Positions 59,564-64,000 of a stretch of DNA of 64,000 nt are shown piece after piece. This DNA comes from Lysobacteraceae bacterium (GTDB taxonomy: Bacteria > Pseudomonadota > Gammaproteobacteria > Xanthomonadales > Xanthomonadaceae), in contig JBHYGK010000007.1 in assembly GCA_051859045.1 (NCBI GenBank), positions 9,724 through 73,723 of the forward strand, in the 5' to 3' direction. Within the stretch, counting starts at the first letter, position 1, and every line of letters starts with the position of its first letter. The translations under genes and the position numbers were made by a program. Below the pieces are notes generated by a model. That model did no database searches. It saw only the letters and a list, made by a program, of their open reading frames with translations, and had not been told where the DNA came from.

Positions 59564-60070
59564 CTACGTGCCGCCCGGGGCGGCCCCGGCGGGGCGGGAG
59601 GCCGCCGCCAGCAATTGGTCCAGCCTGCGCGCCAGGTCGCGGCGCTCGCCGTCGCCGAGGAAGGTACCGACCTCGACTTCACGGCCTTGCGAAGCCAGCA
59701 CGACCCGCGTGGCGCCCTCCCTGCCCGCCACCCGCAGCCGCACCCAGTAGGGATGCGCCTGGAACAGCGGGGCGGGGAACGGCGACCGCCGGACCGAGAC
59801 CCCGTGCGCGCCGACGGCGATCTCCTCGACCCGCTCGCCCGCCCGCCAGACCAGCCGGAAGGCGACCGCGACGAGCACGATGTCGAGGAGCGCGAACGCC
59901 GGCGCGAAGGCATTGCCCTGCGACCAGGCGAACAGCGCGGTGATCGACGCCGAGGCGCCGAGCAGGCCCACCACGATGACCAGCTGCAGCCCGGTCAGCG
60001 AACGGTTCGGGCGGAGGACGAGGACGTCCTCCGGACCCGTCGCCGCTTGCTGGGGACGCGTCTGGATCAT
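59564..60070 (-). CDS. DUF2244-like two-TM membrane protein upstream of coxB
   Basis: Start ATG 60070. LRPNRSLTGLQLVIVVGLLGASASITALFAW...LLDIVLVAVAF, then a soluble domain. This architecture and its location next to coxB fit DUF2244. Confidence 0.6.
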   Translation of the reverse strand: MIQTRPQQAATGPEDVLVLRPNRSLTGLQLVIVVGLLGASASITALFAWSQGNAFAPAFALLDIVLVAVAFRLVWRAGERVEEIAVGAHGVSVRRSPFPAPLFQAHPYWVRLRVAGREGATRVVLASQGREVEVGTFLGDGERRDLARRLDQLLAAASRPAGAAPGGT

Positions 60071-60309
60071 GTGCGGCAATCCTGCTCTAGGCGGAACAGC
60101 CCGTGGATGGTACCCGCCGGGGCCATACAGCGGCAAGCAAAGGCCGGCCGCCGCCGTTCGGACACGTGAAGCCTCCATGCGCCCGCGGATGGCTCTGCGA
60201 CGGGCCGCGCGGCCGCGGGCGGGGTACTGCCGGACGACGCCGAGGCGTAGACTCCCGGCCTCCCGCTCCACCCCGCCCCACCCCCGAGTCCCAGCCCCGA
60301 GAGGCCCGC

Positions 60310-63300
60310 GTGCCCCCGATCCCGCCGTCCGCCGAGGCGCCCAGCGCCCCGCCCCCGTCCCCCGCCGCCGCGGGCATCGTGTCCCCCGAGCTGCCGACGC
60401 CGCCGACCGGGCCGCGCGCCGCGATCACCGCCGCCTGGCTGCGCGACGAGGACGCCCACCTGGCCGAGCTGCTGCCGCTGGCCACCCCGGACGCCGACGC
60501 CCGCGCCGCCATCCAGGCCACCGCCGAGGACCTCGTGACGCGCGTGCGCATCCGCGCCGAGGACCAGGGCGTCATCGAGGCCTTCATGCGCGAGTACGAC
60601 CTCAGCTCCGAGGAGGGCGTGCTGCTGATGTGCGTCGCCGAGGCGCTGCTGCGCATCCCCGACCAGGCCACCGCCGACAAGCTCATCCGCGACAAGCTCG
60701 GCGACGCCGACTGGGACCGCCACGTGGGCGCGTCGGACTCGGTGCTGGTCAACGCCTCCACCTGGGGCCTGATGCTGACCGGCAAGATGGTCGGGCTGGC
60801 CGAGGAGACCCGCTCCAACGCGATCGGCGCCTTCCGCCGCCTGATCGGCCGCGCCGGCGAGCCCGTCATCCGCCTGGCCGTGCGCCAGGCGATGAAGATC
60901 ATGGGCCACCAGTTCGTCATGGGCCGCACGATCGGCGAGGCGCTCGAGCGCAGCCGCAAGGGCGGCAACGCGGCCTACCGCTACAGCTTCGACATGCTCG
61001 GCGAGGGCGCGCTGACCAAGGCCGACGCCGCGCGCTACCTGCAGGCCTACCGCGACGCGATCGGCGCGATCGGTGCCTTCGCCCGCGACCGCGGCCTGCT
61101 CGGCGACGTGTTCGCCGCGCCCAGCATCTCGGTCAAGCTCTCCGCGCTGCACCCGCGCTACGAGCACGCCAAGCGCGCCCGCGTGATGGCCGAGCTGGCG
61201 CCCGCGGTGCTCGAGCTGGCCCGGCTGGCCAAGGCCCAGGGGATCGGCTTCACCATCGACGCCGAGGAGTCCGACCGCCTCGAGCTCAGCCTCGACGTGA
61301 TCGCGCACGCCTACGCCGACCCGTCGCTGGCCGGCTGGGAGGGCTACGGCCTCGCGGTGCAGGCCTACCAGAAGCGCGCGCCCTACGTGATCGACTTCAT
61401 CGTCGAGCTGGCCCGCCGCACCGGCCGCCGGATCCCGGTGCGCCTGGTCAAGGGCGCGTACTGGGACGCCGAGGTCAAGCGCGCCCAGGTCGAGGGCCTG
61501 GCCAGCTTCCCGGTGTTCACGCGCAAGCCGAACACCGACGTCAGCTACCTGGCCTGCGCGCGCCGCATGCTCGAGGCCAGCGACGCGCTGTACCCGATGT
61601 TCGCCACCCACAACGCGCACACGATCGCGGCCATCCACCACGCCGCGGGCCGCGTGCTGCCGCCGCGCGCGGCCGGCGCCGCGGGCCATCCCTTCGAGTT
61701 CCAGCGCCTGCACGGCATGGGCCAGGACCTCTACGACGAGGTCGTGCCCGCCGCGCGCCTGGGCGTGCCCTGCCGCGTGTACGCGCCGGTCGGCAGCCAC
61801 GAGGACCTGCTGCCCTACCTCGTGCGCCGCCTGCTCGAGAACGGCGCCAACACCAGCTTCGTCAACCGCATCACCGACGACACGGTCAGCCCGGCCGAGC
61901 TCGTCACCGACCCCACCCTCGTCGTGGCCGCCTTCGCCTCGAAGGCCCACCCGAAGATCCCGCAGCCCGCCGACCTCTACGGCGCCGACAGGAAGAACTC
62001 CATGGGCGTGAACCTCGCCAACGACCTCGACCTGGCCGCCCTGGCCGAGCGCATGAACGCCCACGCCGGCCCCTGGACCGCGGGCCCGCTGGTCCCGGGC
62101 GCCGCGCGCGCCGACGGCGCCGGCATCGAGGTGCGCGACCCGGCCGACCGCCGCCGCGTGGTGGGCCGCTGGCACGCCGCCGACGCCGCCACCGTCGAGC
62201 GCGCGCTGGCGAACGCCCACGCCGCCCAGGACGACTGGGCGCGCCTGCCCGCCGCCTCGCGCGCCAAGCTGCTCGAGCACGCCGCCGACCTGCTCGAGCA
62301 GCGCATGCCCGAGTTCATGGCCCTGTGCACCCGCGAGGCCGGCAAGACGATCCCCGACGGCGTCGCGGAAGTCCGCGAGGCGGTCGACTTCTGCCGCTAC
62401 TACGCCGTGCAGGCGCGCCGCCTGCTCGCGCACCCCGAGGCCCTGCCCGGCCCGACCGGCGAGTCCAACGCGCTGCACCTCGCGGGCCGCGGCCCGTTCG
62501 TGTGCATCAGCCCGTGGAACTTCCCGCTGGCGATCTTCATGGGCCAGGTCGTGGCCGCGCTGGTGGCCGGCAACACCGTCATCGCCAAGCCCGCCGAGCA
62601 GACCAACCTGGTCGCGCATGCCGCCACGAAGCTGCTGCACGAGGCCGGCGTGCCCGAGGCCGTGCTGCAGCTGCTGCCGGGCGATGGCGCCACGGTCGGC
62701 GCGGCGCTCACCCGCGACCCGCGCGTCGCCGGCGTGGCCTTCACCGGCTCCACCGAGACCGCGCGCCTGATCAACCGCACGATGGCCGCGCGCGACGCCG
62801 CGATCGGCGTGCTGATCGCCGAGACCGGCGGCCAGAACGCGATGATCGCCGACTCCTCGGCCCTGCCCGAGCAGCTGGTCAAGGACGCGATGAGCTCGGC
62901 CTTCGGCTCGGCCGGCCAGCGCTGCTCGGCCGCGCGCGTGCTGTTCGTGCAGGCCGACATCGCCGACAAGGTGGTGCACATGCTCGCCGGCGCGATGGAC
63001 GAGCTGGTGGTCGGCGAGCCGCGCCTGCTCTCCACCGACATCGGCCCGGTGATCGACGACGACGCGCGCGGCATCCTGCTGGCGCACGCCGAGCGGATGG
63101 ACCGCGAGGCCCGGCTGATCAAGGCCGCCGCGCTGCCCGAGGGCAGCGAGCACGGCACCTTCTTCGCGCCGCGCGCCTACGAGCTGCGCTCGCTCGACCA
63201 GCTGCAGCGCGAGGTGTTCGGCCCGGTGCTGCACGTGATCCGCTTCCACGGCGCCGACCTCGACAAGGTCATCGACCAGGTCAACGCCACCGGCTACGGC

Positions 63301-63561
63301 CTGACGCTGGGCATCCACTCGCGCATCGACGAGACCATCCAGCGCATCAGCACGCGGGTGAAGGCGGGCAACTGCTACGTCAACCGCAACATGATCGGCG
63401 CGGTCGTGGGCGTGCAGCCCTTCGGCGGCGAGGGCCTGTCGGGCACCGGCCCGAAGGCCGGCGGCCCGCACTACCTGCTGCGCTTCGTCACCGAGCGCAC
63501 GCTGACCATCAACACCACCGCGGCCGGCGGCAACGCCAGCCTGCTGACCCTCGGCGACTGA
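60310..63561 (+). CDS. putA: bifunctional proline dehydrogenase / L-glutamate gamma-semialdehyde dehydrogenase
   Basis: PRODH barrel (FSFDMLGE...RLVKGAYWD) and ALDH domain (FTGSTETA, EAGGQNAM-type ETGGQNAM, catalytic GQRCSA), approx. 1083 aa. GTG 60310 has GAGAGG 5 nt upstream. ATG 60103 would add 69 Arg/Pro-rich aa. No N-terminal ribbon-helix-helix DNA-binding domain is visible. Confidence 0.9.
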   Translation: MPPIPPSAEAPSAPPPSPAAAGIVSPELPTPPTGPRAAITAAWLRDEDAHLAELLPLATPDADARAAIQATAEDLVTRVRIRAEDQGVIEAFMREYDLSSEEGVLLMCVAEALLRIPDQATADKLIRDKLGDADWDRHVGASDSVLVNASTWGLMLTGKMVGLAEETRSNAIGAFRRLIGRAGEPVIRLAVRQAMKIMGHQFVMGRTIGEALERSRKGGNAAYRYSFDMLGEGALTKADAARYLQAYRDAIGAIGAFARDRGLLGDVFAAPSISVKLSALHPRYEHAKRARVMAELAPAVLELARLAKAQGIGFTIDAEESDRLELSLDVIAHAYADPSLAGWEGYGLAVQAYQKRAPYVIDFIVELARRTGRRIPVRLVKGAYWDAEVKRAQVEGLASFPVFTRKPNTDVSYLACARRMLEASDALYPMFATHNAHTIAAIHHAAGRVLPPRAAGAAGHPFEFQRLHGMGQDLYDEVVPAARLGVPCRVYAPVGSHEDLLPYLVRRLLENGANTSFVNRITDDTVSPAELVTDPTLVVAAFASKAHPKIPQPADLYGADRKNSMGVNLANDLDLAALAERMNAHAGPWTAGPLVPGAARADGAGIEVRDPADRRRVVGRWHAADAATVERALANAHAAQDDWARLPAASRAKLLEHAADLLEQRMPEFMALCTREAGKTIPDGVAEVREAVDFCRYYAVQARRLLAHPEALPGPTGESNALHLAGRGPFVCISPWNFPLAIFMGQVVAALVAGNTVIAKPAEQTNLVAHAATKLLHEAGVPEAVLQLLPGDGATVGAALTRDPRVAGVAFTGSTETARLINRTMAARDAAIGVLIAETGGQNAMIADSSALPEQLVKDAMSSAFGSAGQRCSAARVLFVQADIADKVVHMLAGAMDELVVGEPRLLSTDIGPVIDDDARGILLAHAERMDREARLIKAAALPEGSEHGTFFAPRAYELRSLDQLQREVFGPVLHVIRFHGADLDKVIDQVNATGYGLTLGIHSRIDETIQRISTRVKAGNCYVNRNMIGAVVGVQPFGGEGLSGTGPKAGGPHYLLRFVTERTLTINTTAAGGNASLLTLGD

Positions 63562-63594
63562 CCGCGGGCGTGGGCCGGGCGACCGGCCCGCCCT

Positions 63595-64000
63595 TCAGCC
63601 CGGCCGCGCCGCGCCCTCGAGCGCGGCGCGCGCCACCGGGTGCAGCACCACGCGGTCGCGGCCCTCGCGCTTGGCCTGGTACAGCGCCGCGTCCGCGGCC
63701 TCGATCAGGCTGGCCGGGGTGTCGGCCGGGGTCGGGACCAGCAGCTGCACGCCGATGCTCACCGTCAGCCGCGTCTGCTGGCCCCCGAACGCCACCGTGG
63801 CCGCGGCGATCGCGGCGCGCAGGCCCTCGAGCTGGTCGACCGCCTCGCGCGGGCTGCCGCCGGTGACCACCGCCACGAACTCCTCGCCGCCGTAGCGCAC
63901 GACCAGGTCGGAGTCGCGGCGGAAGCGCGCGGCCAGCTGGTCGGCCACGGCGCGCAGCGCGGCGTCGCCGAAGGGATGCCCGAAGCGGTCGTTGACCTGC
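63595..64000 (-). CDS. diguanylate cyclase (GGDEF domain), C-terminal part (5' end outside window)
   Basis: The minus frame stays open to the window end. RYGGEEFVAVV active-site motif, TVSIGV, and ADAALYQAKREGRDRV. Confidence 0.85.
   Translation of the reverse strand, partial: QVNDRFGHPFGDAALRAVADQLAARFRRDSDLVVRYGGEEFVAVVTGGSPREAVDQLEGLRAAIAAATVAFGGQQTRLTVSIGVQLLVPTPADTPASLIEAADAALYQAKREGRDRVVLHPVARAALEGAARPG

Noticed and set aside
60103-60309. ATG 60103 as the putA start, possibly encoding a DNA-binding domain.
   Set aside because: The extra 69 aa are Arg/Gly/Pro-rich with no ribbon-helix-helix pattern. GTG 60310 has a good GAGAGG RBS. The start remains somewhat uncertain.

Overview
Very high-GC (by eye above 70%) chromosomal core region that looks gammaproteobacterial, Xanthomonadaceae/Lysobacteraceae-like in synteny and protein style. 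It is densely packed with about 60 supportable CDS, and the largest non-coding gap is about 620 nt. Housekeeping content: class Ia ribonucleotide reductase nrdAB behind a cobalamin riboswitch, ppc, plant-type gshA, engB-cytochrome c4-dsbA, cca, folK-folB, tsaD, rpsU-yqeY-dnaG, a complete aa3-type cytochrome c oxidase and heme A biogenesis cluster (coxB-ctaD-small ORF-ctaG-coxC / twin-TM protein / SURF1-CxxxC protein-ctaA-ctaB), and putA. Accessory-looking content: several secreted amidohydrolase and S9 hydrolases, a TonB-dependent receptor, two ECF sigma modules, an SBP plus single permease with no second permease or ATPase genes, and a handful of small unknown ORFs. I found no rRNA, tRNA, CRISPR array, transposase, integrase or phage genes. 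The many very long Arg/Ala/Pro/Gly-rich ORFs in the six-frame track are high-GC shadow frames. I did not find a convincing, clearly novel multi-gene system such as a defence island. The best second-look items are: (1) an AdoCbl riboswitch with an unusually long GC-rich spacer before nrdA; (2) an ECF sigma / degenerate ChrR-like cupin / secreted COG4315 protein / DUF3034 / signal-peptide-bearing truncated hemoglobin cluster, where the globin seems to lack the canonical TyrB10/GlnE11 distal residues; (3) an EF-hand + ECF sigma + anti-sigma + CnrX/CpxP-like sensor operon; (4) a 16-bp tandem repeat array in a divergent promoter region; (5) the SBP and single-permease pair divergent from gshA; (6) a membrane-anchored CxxxC protein in the cox cluster. 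All family names come from reading the translations and recalled motifs, since no searches could be run.
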